A stretch of DNA of 64,000 nt, taken from Takakia lepidozioides. Lineage: Eukaryota > Plantae > Bryophyta. A program made the position numbers and the translations under genes. The stretch is from the NCBI GenBank assembly GCA_030704615.1, contig CM060732.1:75888001-75952000 (forward strand). Direction: 5' to 3'. Positions 37,993 through 50,155 of this stretch are shown here, piece after piece; the stretch's first letter is position 1; the number at the start of each line of letters is the position of its first letter. Under the pieces are notes generated by a model. That model saw only the letters and a list, made by a program, of their open reading frames with translations. It was not told the origin of the DNA and searched no databases.

Positions 37993-40900
37993 ATGGTGGG
38001 CATAGAAGATGTTGCAGACGAGCCGTCTGCAGACGACTGCCCGGAGCCCAGCAGTGCGCCAACCCCAGCGCCGTCAACCAGTGATGGCGGGGTCATATTT
38101 GTGCTGGAAAAAGCCTCGTTGGAGGCCGCCAAAGTGGGCAAGGTATTCCTCGTGTCACTTTCTTGTTCCGTCTAATGAAAAGCGTATTTGTATGTGTATG
38201 GTGGTAAGGGGGAGGAGCCAGGTGGTGGGACAATCGAATTCAAGCTGGAGTGGGTGGGCATTGTAAGTTGATGGATTTGAAATTTGTGGGGTGTCTGATT
38301 CCAGAATTATCAGCTGCTGAACTGCGACGATCATGCAAACTTCCTGAGGAAACACAAGCGTGATCCAGCTTTGTATCGACCAGATATCTTGCACCAGGTT
38401 CGTCTCCATAACTCAACTCTGTTCCACAGTATAGCTTCGACTAGGGGATTGTGCTGGTTCTCCTCTCTACCTGGAAGCAGGTGGCCAGTTCTTACCTGAA
38501 TCACCAGCAAGGTTCACCCTGTCTCGTTGAACCATTGCACAGGCTAATCAAAATTTGGTTTATATGCATCAACGTCTTGGAATACTAGTTGTGCTACAGG
38601 CCTCGTGTACTTTGTGGATGCTGTTTAAAAGCACCAGGCAAGCTCACATTTTGTCAGAGGGTTGGCTTGGTTGGGAACAGGCTCTGCTAGCAATTCTCGA
38701 CAGCCCGCTCAATAAGGCAGGGCGGCTAAGTGGGCTGTATGTAAAGACGGAAAAGAATGTTCTGATACAGATCAACCCCCATATTCGCATCCCTCGCACC
38801 TTCAAACGCTTCTGTGGCCTTATGGGTCAGTCACAGAGCTCAGGGTTTTTGATTGAGTGTTGTGGACAGTTTCGCCTATTTGTGTGGTATTAAAATGTCG
38901 GTGGTCTTTTCTGTGTGTATTGGTGTTGGGAAAGAGCAGAAAGTGTATGGTTGACACTTACCAGGCACTCTAGTGTACTCATGCATGATGACAGCTGCTG
39001 CTCATTGGCAAGGTATTGTCTTTATGCATGGCAACCCAAAGGTTCTTGCAAAATACAGGACTGTTTGCTTGTACAAATACAAGGAAATAAGGATGCCGCG
39101 GATGTTTCAACCAGTGAAGCTACATGCATGTTTGCAAATCTACACTCTGAGATTCTGGATGTTATTGGAAATTGAGTCTTCTTTTAGTTTTTCTCTCCCC
39201 TCTTCAAACCTGCCTCTTTTTTTCTTTTTTTTTCCCTCTTCCCCCCTACCTCTTGCACAATGTATGGGCCCACACACACTTGCTGTTTTGGGATGATATG
39301 CAGTGCAGCTGCTTCAGAAGCTAAGCATTCGTGCAAGCAATGGTCCTGACAAGCTCATGCGCATTGTGAAGCAGCCAGTGACTCGACATCTTCCCCTTGG
39401 TGCTCGTCGAATTGGTACTTAGTACTTACCTTATTGTCTTCAACAGTCTGTAGCACAAAACTCTGTACCCTTTTAAGCAGATGCGGATAAGTTAGTTTGC
39501 AGAGAGGACTTGAGACTTTTCAGCACTGTTATTAATTGTTGTTGATTGTCTCAACCTAAGCCTGTTGAGGGAGTCTGGAGTTTGGACTAAGAATTTGGTG
39601 CCATGGCCGTCATTTGAAATGATGCCTATCTAAAATTACAACATGATACATAACCAAGTACGTGTGAAGTGGTCTTTGGAGATATTGAGACAGGTTTCAT
39701 TTGTTTGTGATTGGGGATAGGCATGTCATACAGTGCACCCAAAGTTGTGCAACTGAGGGAGTATGTGGCTGCTGCTGGGGCCTCGAGTACACTGGTGTTT
39801 GTGGTGAGTAGCTTGTTTTTCTTCAAAGGCCTTACAATGCCAAAGTAGGGTAGTGGGAGAGCAGCTGCAGAGTAGAAAAACTGGGTATCCTGTGTCCCAT
39901 TTGGGCACTGGTTTTCTATGTACACTGTAGCTGGCCTATCTATCGAGGGTAGCACTGAAGATGGGGAATAGGAGGCTTCGGAGATACAGAAGGAGATTGT
40001 TTGTTTCCCTTTTCTTTGCATACTCTTCCATGTCTTGTCCCTGGTGATTCTGTATAGTTGAGTGGGACCCAGCTCAGTGTGAAAAAGATGATCGGTTGTG
40101 TAGAAAGAATGATTAAGTTGTTAACCTGGTCCAAGCTTTGCTCCAGGAGACAACTCTTCTGATTTGTGTTTGGATGATTAATGATTAATGCAGGTGGGTG
40201 CAATGGCCCATGGCAAAATAGAGGCGGACTACATTGACGACCTTGTTGCAGGTACAATGCCACACTAATCAAATCTTGTGCCTAAACCCTAAACCCTCTC
40301 TCTCCAATTGCACTGTTACTATGGTTGACTCCCCTACATTGACTTTTCCCCCTGGCTTCCAACTAACTCTACCTCTGGCTTTTTAACGGCTCTGCCACCC
40401 TTTCGTGTGTGTCCAAAATGCAGGGCGCCAAGAAGTACAATTAGTACATCTCCTGCACTCCTGCCTTCTCTCTCCTCTTTTTCTCTGTCTCTCAAAACAT
40501 ATACTTTCCCTTTTCCACACCCACAAGACTGCCGCAATTCCTGACAGCTAGAGGGCTAGACCAGCAGTTTCTGGAATAAACCACATGTTTGTAGTGGCAC
40601 ACAAGTCAACTCAGTGCCCTGTTAAGGGAACTCATTGGTTGTGCACTAAAACAATTCGGGTGAGTATTATTCCCATGATGAGCAAAAATCCAACAACTGG
40701 GTCCAGGAGGGTTAACATCTGGTGGAGGGCATGCCCTTAATGGAATGTCAGAGCTAACATTTGCAGGGAACACTCAATGTTTATTTTCTTAAAGAGTCTT
40801 CCGCAATGTTGGTGGGAACTATTCCAACTGACCATGGTTCTTGCTGAAACGTTTGCCTCATTGCTTCTCCCACCCTTCCTTGACTCCATCCATATTCAGT

Positions 40901-41406
40901 GGGGTTGTTGAAAATTTCCCACACAATGGCCTCCATAGCCACTGACTTGGTACCTACCATAGCAGGTAGGCCCTCTCAGGTCCTTCAGGCATCCCACATT
41001 CTTTGCACTCCATCCCTCTTTTAATTTTTTAATTTTTTTTTTCCACAGTGTGTATTGGTTAATGTCCAGTCACCACTTGAGTTGCTTGCTAAAGATTTCT
41101 GCAAGGCCAACACCAGTGTTTGTTCAAAGGTAGGACTAGGATTCTGAGCTTATAGTGGTCCCTTGCTTGAACTGTAATGAGTATATTACGTGGACGCACA
41201 AGGTCTTAAAAGTAAAGTGTGAAGTGCTCTAGTTTTCCAATTGAATAACTGGCCTTGCATAGTACACTGTATTAGTTGATTGAAAATTAGTGTGATTTGA
41301 CTAAGATGGAGGATGGGGGATTGCAGTGTCAGAATACCCACTGAGTGCCATGTGGTGCATTGCACGGATATGCAATTGTCTGGAGCAGGAGTGGGGCATT
41401 CTGTGA
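37993..41406 (+). CDS. EMG1: 18S rRNA pseudouridine N1-methyltransferase Nep1/Emg1, 7 coding exons
   Basis: [11 protein letters not shown]; [16 protein letters not shown]; [22 protein letters not shown]; [10 protein letters not shown]; GMSYSA; VGAMAHG; [20 protein letters not shown]. All exons have GT-AG borders. Confidence 0.95.
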
Positions 41407-43969
41407 CAGGCTGTAGATTTGTATATGAATCGATCATGTCACCTGTCAATGCAATTCTTTTTCTTAAATTGTTGTTTGTTTGTATATGGCCTCAAGTTTT
41501 TGCACGAGGTGGACAGACAGTGGGTAGTTGGGATTTAGAGGTACTTTGCTTATCGCCTTCAATTCTGGAAACTAGAAATACCCATGTGCTAATCTGAGAA
41601 AGCAATCAAAACCTACGTAGTTCTGCCAAGATGATTATACTGTGGAATGATGTCAAGGGGCTGACTCTTTTTGTGTGGTTTCATGCGCTGATCTGCAAAG
41701 TGATGCTGGATCTGGCACAACCAGCACCCCTATCTCCTCAATGAGCTTCATGCAAGCAGTAATATGCCACAACAATACACGCTTAATTAGGGTTTTTTTT
41801 TCAAATGTGGTAACTTCGAACAAGATGCTCATATGGCAAGACAAATAATATGGGTATAGAATGGACGGGCTACATCACCTGGAGAAGAATCGAAATCTGA
41901 TGGCATATCAATTCAAGTGAACTCATATCATTGCAAGGAACTGAAGCAAGGTCTGACGGGGCCCCTAAATGAATGAAGGAGTAATGGGGAATATTGCTGA
42001 CATGGTTGGACTAGTGGATATCACCTGACTTCTTTCGGTGCCTATTCTCTGTAGCACCTGCACTTGGAGGCCAGAAAGAGTTGAGTGTGATCTTATAAAT
42101 AGATGTCATGCTGAGCAGACCTTGGGAGCTCTATACTGAGATTGTTTGCGAGGCTATAGAACATGAGGTCAAAGACAGTGCCAACTTCTTGAATTAAAAA
42201 AATAGAAGTGGAATCTGGTTTTTGTGAGCACTCTCGAGATACACTGGGATTGCTTGTGATTTTCAGTTTCTTCGAAGTGAAGCTTTGAAGCAGCAACGCT
42301 CCGACCTCCACATTCTCACTGAATAAATGTTGGACGCTTTTGCTGAGAAGTATCTAGATACGGTAGGCCTGCTGCTCGGTGGTAAGAGAATTCCACACAT
42401 CTAGTAGCTGCTCTAAAGTTTTTTAGTTATAAGTGGGTAATGAAGCATGAAACCATCAACAATTGCTTGTTTCAGTCATCACTTGACTGAAATCAAAGTA
42501 ATGTTACATGGAGACGTGACTTTCATCCTGATGGCTTCAATTCACCGGAAGAGAAAGGGATCTACAAATTGCAACCAGCTGGATCACGCAATTCTGAACA
42601 TGTTGATAAGAGAGAAAACTGTACTGAATACTTAAATTGGAATGGAGGGCGAATGCCAGGACAGATAGTAAGCAATAGGGCGATACACTGAAACTGAGAG
42701 TAGAAGGTTGGGGACAAATTCTAGGAAAAGCGAGTAGCAAATTCCATGGCCTCTCGGGCATATCTTGCCTAGCTCGTTTGCTGTAACCTAATCGCTATCG
42801 TGAACACATGACCAATCCTGATTAGTCGTGGACAATGTTAAGCTCTCGAATGGGGATTTGTGTTGTTGATATCTTCACCCAACTAGGACTCTGTTGATTC
42901 TTCAACTCCTAGAAGCAAACTCCTCTGAAGAAATACCGTTTTGCAGTGCCCCCACCAAGAAGGGATCAAATTTATCTTACCACACCATCTGAGCCAAGGT
43001 ATTAATGCAGACATATCATCAGCCCACAACTACTTCCTTCACCAAACCTATGCACCGTCCTGGGTGTGTTGAAAAGTGAATTACAGCAATGGGCTTTAAG
43101 ATCCCACATGTGCACGAGCCTGTGCTGATCTCCTGTTTCAAACCTCCAGAACTCGAAGAAGGGACCTTTGTTTGAAACTGACGCAAGTTTCAATATCATA
43201 TCAACTTAGTCTATGAACCTATTGTGAATTCATGTGGACTCATCAATCCATTTGATGAATTGCAGAGGTTTTTCAGCGAATGATAAGGGTAATTCAGCTA
43301 AAGATCATTCTGTGACAATTAGACACGAGATTCACAAAATTGATTTGAAAGAACCAAAGGTGGATTGATCAGAGATCAGCAACTTGCATAGTGGGAGCAA
43401 TGGGAGTGCTCAAACCTCTGAGATCAAATGCCCCATGTGAAAGCCCCGCCCCGCCGTAACCAGTATGGCACCTTACAAGCTCAAAGCCATGTCTTTTTCT
43501 TTTGAAAGGGGACAGAGGCCCTTTTTTTTATGTTGGATGTCACCCATGTTAGTTGTGGATCTGAGAAGCTAGCCTGTGTATACTGTTTACGGTACAATAT
43601 CAATTGAAGAGAGAACAAAGACTTGTACACTAAATTCTCCCTTGAGAGCTTTTTGATTCATGATAGAGATCTTGATGTGTTAGTTTGTTAGCAAGTCATC
43701 TTAATGTAACATGATATCTGTAAGCTGCATCGTCCCAGAAACTAATGACTTCTAAGTCTAGTTACAGAATGTTTGCAGTGGTTGCCACCAATAGCAATTG
43801 AAAAATGGCCAACAGCAATCTACCGTCTACTGGGCACGAATGGTTACAAGCAAGCAAGAAGAAATAATTTTTGTCGTATGCCTATGGAAGCCCCAGAGGA
43901 AAGGTGCAAGGCTCTGTGGCAGGGAACAAATGGCTCAGAACCCTGCTAAAACAAAACAAACGCATGCAG

Positions 43970-46426
43970 CTAGTGCTTGACCTCCATGCAAATGTGTCCT
44001 GAGTCTATTTTGACACCTCTGTCCTCCATCATTTTTCTCACCATTGCTTGATCGTCCCACCTGCCAGCCACAGCATAAATGTTTGACAGCAGCACATGAG
44101 CTGCTCCATTCTGTGGATCCGTTTTGAGAATGTTCTTTGCCACACGTTCTGCTACCTCCACATTACCATGAACTCTGCAGGCACCAAGCAAGGCCATCCA
44201 CACCCCAGAATCTGACTTGATCGGCATTTTGTTAATGAAGCCCTCCGCCTCATCTAATTGTCCCGCGCGGCCAAGAAGGTCCACCATGCAGCCAAAATGC
44301 TCCACTGTAGGAGAAAGGCCATGATCTTGATTCATGGAATAGAAGTAGTGACAGCCTTCGTCCAATAGGCCTACATGGCTACATGCAGAGAGAAGACAGG
44401 TAAAGGTGATACCGTCTGGTTTCAAGCCTTGCTGTTGCATTTGCTCAAAGAGTTGAAGGGCCTCCCTACCACAGCCATGCTGAGAATATCCTGCAATAAT
44501 CACATTCCACGAAACCACATCCTGTTTTGCCATACCATTGAATATTTCCCGTGCATCCTTTACACTCCCACATTTGCCATACATGTCAACAAGGGCAGTC
44601 TTCAGAATAATATCCGCCACAATTCCAGCTCTGATGATGTCAGCATGGACCTCTTTGCCCTTCTCCAGGGCTGCCAGGCTGGCACATGCATTGAGAATGC
44701 AAAGGAAGGTAACCTTGTCAGGAATCACCCCTTGCCAGATCATCTGCTCATAGATGTTCAAAGCCTCCCTCCCAAAGCCATGCTGAGCATATCCTGTGAT
44801 CATGGCATTCCATGAGACCACATTTCGCTTAGCCATATTGTCAAAAACTTGCCGTGCATCCTTCACGCTCCCACATTTGGCATACATGTCAACAAGGGTA
44901 TTCTCCAGAATAACATCTGGCCCAATTCTACTTTTGATTATGTCCGCATGGACCTTCTTGCCCATTACTATCTCTCCTAGGCTGGCACAGGCATTAAGAA
45001 TGCACATGAACATGACCTTGTCGGGTGTTACCTGTTCCTGTATCATTTGCTCATAAATCATGAAAGCGTCCCTACTGCAGCCATGCTGAGCATATCCAGC
45101 AATCATGGTGCTCCATGAGATCAAGTCTCTGCGAGTCATAGTGTCAAACACTTGCCGGGCATCTTTGACACTCCCACATTTGGCATACATGTCAACAAGG
45201 GCCGTCTCCAGAATGATATCTGGTGGAAGTCCAGCTTTGATGACATCAGCATGGACCTCTTTGCCCCTTTCCAGGACTCCGGAGCTGCCACATGCATTGA
45301 GAATGCAACTGAACGTGTGCTTGTCCGGCATGACCCCTTCCAGTATCATTTGCTCATAGATCTCAAAAACCTCCCTATCACAACCACATTGAGCATATCC
45401 TGCAATCATGGTGTTCCAGGAAACCACATCTTGTTGCACCATATTGTCAAACACTTGACGTGCATCCTCAATGCTCCTGCATTTGGAATACATGTCGACA
45501 AGGGCAGTCTCCAGCATGATGTCTACCACAATTTCAGCTTTGATGATGTCAACATGGACATTTTTGCCCTTTCCCAGTGCTCCCAGACTTGCACATGCAT
45601 AGAGAGCACAAATGGCTGTGACTTTGTCAAATGTCACCCTTTCCCACAGCATTTGGTCATATATCTCCAAAGCCTCTGTACCAAAGCCATGATAAGCATA
45701 TCCTGCAATCATGGCATTCCATGAGACAACATTTCTTTTAGCCATACTGTCAAAAACTTGGCGTGCATCCTTTACGCTCCCACATTTGGCATACATGTCC
45801 ACAAGGGCAGTCTCGAGAATGGTATCTGGTACAATTCCAGCTTTGATGATGACAATATGGACTTCTCTGCCCTTTTCCAGGGTTCCCACACTGGCACAAG
45901 CATTGACAACACAAATGAACGTGACTTTGTCTGGCGTTACTCCATGCTGTAGCATTTGCTCATAGATCTCCAAAGCCTCCCTACCACACCTGTTCTTAGC
46001 ATATCCTGCTATCATTATTGTCCACGTAAATAAATTTCGGTCAGGCATTTTCTCAAACACTCTGTGTGCATCCAACACACTCCCACACTTGGCATACATG
46101 TTCACAAGGGTGTTCAGTACGAAGATGTTTGGCGGGAATCCCCTTTGGATAATGTGGGCATGCACCTGCTTTCCATACCGTAGGTTTCTCATGTCGATGC
46201 ACTTTTGCAAGATACAGACATAAATATTGGAGTCTGCCCGACTACCTCGTTGGTTCAAAATATGCACTGCCTCTTTCAGTCTCCCCGCCTTACATAGGAT
46301 CCTCACATCCCCACAAGGGCCAGAAGAATTGTTGCTGACTCCCTCTCGTTCTGTCATGGTAAAGGTTGTACCCCTGACCCCAGCCTGACTTCCAACAATC
46401 AATTGTGCCCGATTCAGCCCTGCCAT
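43970..46426 (-). CDS. PLS-class pentatricopeptide repeat protein, E-type (no DYW)
   Basis: 818-aa open frame of PLS triplets plus E1/E2, ending KIDSGHICMEVKH*. Confidence 0.93.
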   Translation of the reverse strand: MAGLNRAQLIVGSQAGVRGTTFTMTEREGVSNNSSGPCGDVRILCKAGRLKEAVHILNQRGSRADSNIYVCILQKCIDMRNLRYGKQVHAHIIQRGFPPNIFVLNTLVNMYAKCGSVLDAHRVFEKMPDRNLFTWTIMIAGYAKNRCGREALEIYEQMLQHGVTPDKVTFICVVNACASVGTLEKGREVHIVIIKAGIVPDTILETALVDMYAKCGSVKDARQVFDSMAKRNVVSWNAMIAGYAYHGFGTEALEIYDQMLWERVTFDKVTAICALYACASLGALGKGKNVHVDIIKAEIVVDIMLETALVDMYSKCRSIEDARQVFDNMVQQDVVSWNTMIAGYAQCGCDREVFEIYEQMILEGVMPDKHTFSCILNACGSSGVLERGKEVHADVIKAGLPPDIILETALVDMYAKCGSVKDARQVFDTMTRRDLISWSTMIAGYAQHGCSRDAFMIYEQMIQEQVTPDKVMFMCILNACASLGEIVMGKKVHADIIKSRIGPDVILENTLVDMYAKCGSVKDARQVFDNMAKRNVVSWNAMITGYAQHGFGREALNIYEQMIWQGVIPDKVTFLCILNACASLAALEKGKEVHADIIRAGIVADIILKTALVDMYGKCGSVKDAREIFNGMAKQDVVSWNVIIAGYSQHGCGREALQLFEQMQQQGLKPDGITFTCLLSACSHVGLLDEGCHYFYSMNQDHGLSPTVEHFGCMVDLLGRAGQLDEAEGFINKMPIKSDSGVWMALLGACRVHGNVEVAERVAKNILKTDPQNGAAHVLLSNIYAVAGRWDDQAMVRKMMEDRGVKIDSGHICMEVKH

Positions 46427-46719
46427 CCTGCATTACTCAAACTCTTAGTAAAATGTGCAAATGTAGGCAGAATGCCTTGGAGGAATTAGGGTTTACTTAT
46501 TCTAGCCCATGCTCTACAGTGCTCCAAGACATGAGTTGGGTTGCCCCCAATCCTCAAAAATTGGCATATCTCAATTATCCTAAATACTTCAAAATAAGAC
46601 TCTTCATGGAAAGGCTACTTGCCAATTATGAATAAGCTTACAAAACTACTGAAGTCGTGTGCCACAACAATACACCTTTACCAAATTGGAGATTGGAACC
46701 TTCACTCATCAAACATTAC

Positions 46720-47281
46720 CCAGTATATTCTGGGCCTCGAACTCCATGATGTACATTGACATTGGAATCATCACCAGATTGTGCTTGACCTGGTATCATG
46801 ACAGCTAGCTCCGGTTTCAACCAAGGAGGGTTTGACCAGCCCTCAATACAAAGGACCTTGTTTGGCTGCATGTCTGAAGTCCCGTGGTGTTGGACTTTTC
46901 TGTTAAAGCCACCAGTGGGCAGCTGTGCAGGCATAGCTCAACCACAGCCTTGCATAACCCAGCCTACAAAAACAAAGCTCCAAGCATCTTTAAAAATAGG
47001 TCACAACCTTGAAAAACCTAACCTACTTTTAGACAACACAATTGTAGCAACAGTAAGGGGCGAAATACTTCCTTTTCATGATGCAGAGCCAAATTTTTAT
47101 TGATCCCAGCAACTGGAAATGAAATCTATTCCACAAAGCATCATGATGCCAGCTGCAGGCACAAACCCTCAGTGACAAATTCTTAAATGAAGATAGGTCT
47201 CACCTTACCCAACCTCTTCCCACCACTGTGAGGAATCTGAGAAGAACTCCTGACAGAGCCATTCTTTGTACATCTCTTGAC
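46720..47281 (-). other. Two upstream exons with a decayed OSB-type PDF motif (5' of PPR gene 3)
   Basis: 47281-47204 reads KEWLCQEFFSDSSQWW then GTGAG. 46899-46720 reads KSPTPRDFRH..(shift)..LCIEGWSNPPWLKPELAVMIPG..GPEYTG then GTAAT. Phase-2 join to G-ATG at 46427. Confidence 0.7.
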
Positions 47282-48752
47282 CTGCATGCAAGAACTACAG
47301 GATAATGAGGACTTTGCCAGCTTCCAACCACCTCAGTCTCTATTAAGGATCAGCTCCTAATTGAGGATACCTGCGAAATTCTGGTCCTGAGGAAAAAAAT
47401 CAGGATCAAAACAGGGAATGGCCACAAGCAATGATAAATTTATTCAATTGGCCCATCTCATTTTCATTTGATCCGCACCATTGCTTGACTATGTGATCTC
47501 AGGCTCTGTTCTCCAAGTTCCACTTCACTTCCGTCCAACTTGCAATTAGCTCACTTCAAAACAAAAAATGTACTCAAAGAGTTTAGGGGGGCGGGGAGGG
47601 GCTGGATTCACATTTCATGAGTGAAGACATCCTTGGTTGAAGACCCTGTCACCTGCTCTTGACGTCCCCAAAGAATTTTGCAAAAGCCTCCTGTGGGATG
47701 GCAATTACATAGACACCATAGATCCTAACGTATCAATTGCCTCGCTGAACATTCCTGGACTTCTGCGAGGACTAACAGGCTAGGCACCCTAAGTTCCAGG
47801 CAAAGCCAATGCACTAGGACTCAGCATTCAAGTCATACTTTGCAATTCCAATTGTGCTGCTCTCTCAGGTCTCAGACATTTTATGTGGATGCAACTTGCT
47901 ACACTGAAGCTGGCTTCGATTTCGCTGAAATGGTGCAGTTCATCCACAGACCTGCTTCAGCAGTGCCACATGTCAGAATAAAACACACAGGGTGAAGCCA
48001 GAAGCAGAAGCAGAGATCAAAAGCAAGGGATTGCTCAAGGGTCAACGCTTCGTGCAGTAGTTATTATTTTGTAAGACAATGCCTCAGATGGTACAAGGTA
48101 CTGCTTGCATTTTCAAGATTGTCAAGGTTGGCAACCAGAGATCAACAATTAGCCAACAAGGGAGCAAAGAGCATTTTATACCTTGTTAATGAAATGTTGA
48201 CCCGACTTCAGACAAGGGATACGCCAGGATATCACATTTGTTCACTATAGGTGGAACAGATGTAGGGTGGAAATGGGGGCTAGCTTATGCAAGCATCTGC
48301 TGAAGCAGTTACACTACTCGTGCACTGCGAAACCGATTGCACCGTCACGATTCTCTGTGTGAGAAAAGATCATACAGCTTGAAGGATTAAGCATAGGTGG
48401 GAACAGCGTAGGCTTGATCAACGAGAAGTTGAAACTTAGATTGCAGAAGAAGGGCAAATGAACCAACATAAGGAGCAGCTACGCCAGAAATCTGAGTTGT
48501 ATGTGTACAACACATTATGCTAATGAGTCTCACGTCTTTGTTTCCTCCAGCAATGCCCAGAGTATTTAGTACTAGAAGCAGAGCATCAGCTTTTCAACAT
48601 GGACGTTTTCAGCTGTTTATGCAACTTCAAATAATGCAAATTCTCTAGGTCATTCTGGTAGCTCCCAAGTCCCATTGAGTTTTCTGGGTTAGGAAAGGAG
48701 AAAGGACTCTTCAGAAGATTACAAAGATAGACAATATTAGATGCAGAGTTAC

Positions 48753-49685
48753 GTTCTCACTTGAAGAAGCCTCAAGACTTCGGTCAGCCATTTCTCTGTA
48801 CACACATAATGCGAAAATGTGAACTTGAGCCTGAATCCCACATGAAGACAAAAGACGCACATGGGGACACAGGATCCCACCTGAAAACCTATAACATGAC
48901 CATGTTTTGTACTTATCACGAGGCAGGAAAGACCAGCAGTAATGAGAAAGACTTCAGAAAGAAAGAAAGAAAGCTTGGCAGCCCTGAAAACATTGCTGAC
49001 TTGTAACAATGTGACTATAGACCCTGTGCCGTGTTTGACAGAGCAGCCCTACTTTGAGAAGGAGAGGATGCCGGCAGTTGAAAAGACAATTTCGTAGTAC
49101 CTCGCTCTCACAATTCTGCACTCAAGATTGTTGTGTAGGTTAGAAGCAAATTCGTTACCCAATTGCCAATCAAAACAGGGGACTAATGAAGAAGTACCCT
49201 GCACACTTGTGGGCAGCAATAGATGAGAGCAAGCGATCCTGAAATTCTGAGCAACTGTTGGACTGCTGTTCCCAATGAGATGTTTTCCTGCAGTCCTTAT
49301 CATTGTGGAATTCTTGCGACTCAAGTGTAACTGTAAGTCATAAGCCATAGCAATGGGTAGCAGTTCTTTGCAGGTTCTAGGACTTATGTGCAAGACTATT
49401 TGTTCCTCTCCTAGATTGAAATGGGCTACTCAAGGCTTTAGGTTGGTTCAAAAGGAAGACCATAATTTCCTAAGCCTGGAACAACATATCAGTTCCCTGA
49501 GCACCACAGCTTGAGTTTTGAACATCCAATGCTGCGTTGAGATGCAGAATGAGCACCTGTCAAGAACAGCAATATTCAGTTCAAGTTATTTGTGGCCACC
49601 AAGAGAGCTTGAGGTATCTTGCAACAGGCTCTTGTGAAGGCAAATGAGGCAACGACAAGCCGTGCTCTCTTGATCAAGACAAGAG
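48753..49685. pseudogene. Rearranged, diverged duplicate of part of the CLC gene (exons plus introns)
   Basis: 48753-49090 is an inverted copy of ~61915-62280 (GTTCTCACTTGAAGAAGCCTCAAG...). ~49120-49685 is a direct copy of ~62385-63005 (GGACTAATGAAGAAGTACCCTGC...). Confidence 0.85.
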
Positions 49686-49924
49686 TGGGTCTGAGATAGA
49701 GGTTGCATTCAAGAAGGTATAGTTTAGGCTGGCTCCAAGCAGATCCAGATTATAGTTCTGTTTTAATTTCCTAATTGGTTTGGTAGGCCCTCCTAGGTCT
49801 GTCGGAAACCGTTGACAGACTCTTTTTGTTTTCCTCTTGTCCTTGAAGTGTGTCCATAGGCCTCTATGCTCCTACGAACATTTAGTAATTCTTTCGCTGT
49901 CACTATTCCTAGATTGTCTTGCAT

Positions 49925-50155
49925 AAGATAAGTTGCATCCACAAATCGATGAAATCCATGCTGAGCTGAAGAGATTGTCTGGCACATGAAGTAGATTGTG
50001 CCTGACACGCGGTTTGTATTGGATGATTTGGAGGAGGAGCAAAAGCATATTGTCAACAACCTTCGAGTGTGTGGTGACTGTCACATAGGCATGAAGTTTA
50101 TCTCTAAGATTGTGCTTGATGCCAGCTGGTTTCACCACTTTGAAGATGGGCTGCC
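49925..50155 (+). pseudogene. Isolated E+/DYW domain remnant
   Basis: [55 protein letters not shown]. The HSEKLA segment is deleted and the fragment is frameshifted. Confidence 0.85.

Noticed and set aside
40281-40297. Telomere-like CCTAAACCCTAAACCCT (also ~5957 and ~22239) as telo-box or interstitial telomere
   Set aside because: Only one or two units, in intronic or TE context rather than at a promoter; not distinguishable from chance.
24810-46000. Numerous antisense ORFs over the PPR genes (e.g. [15 protein letters not shown] repeats)
   Set aside because: They are shadow frames produced by the repetitive PPR codons on the opposite strand.
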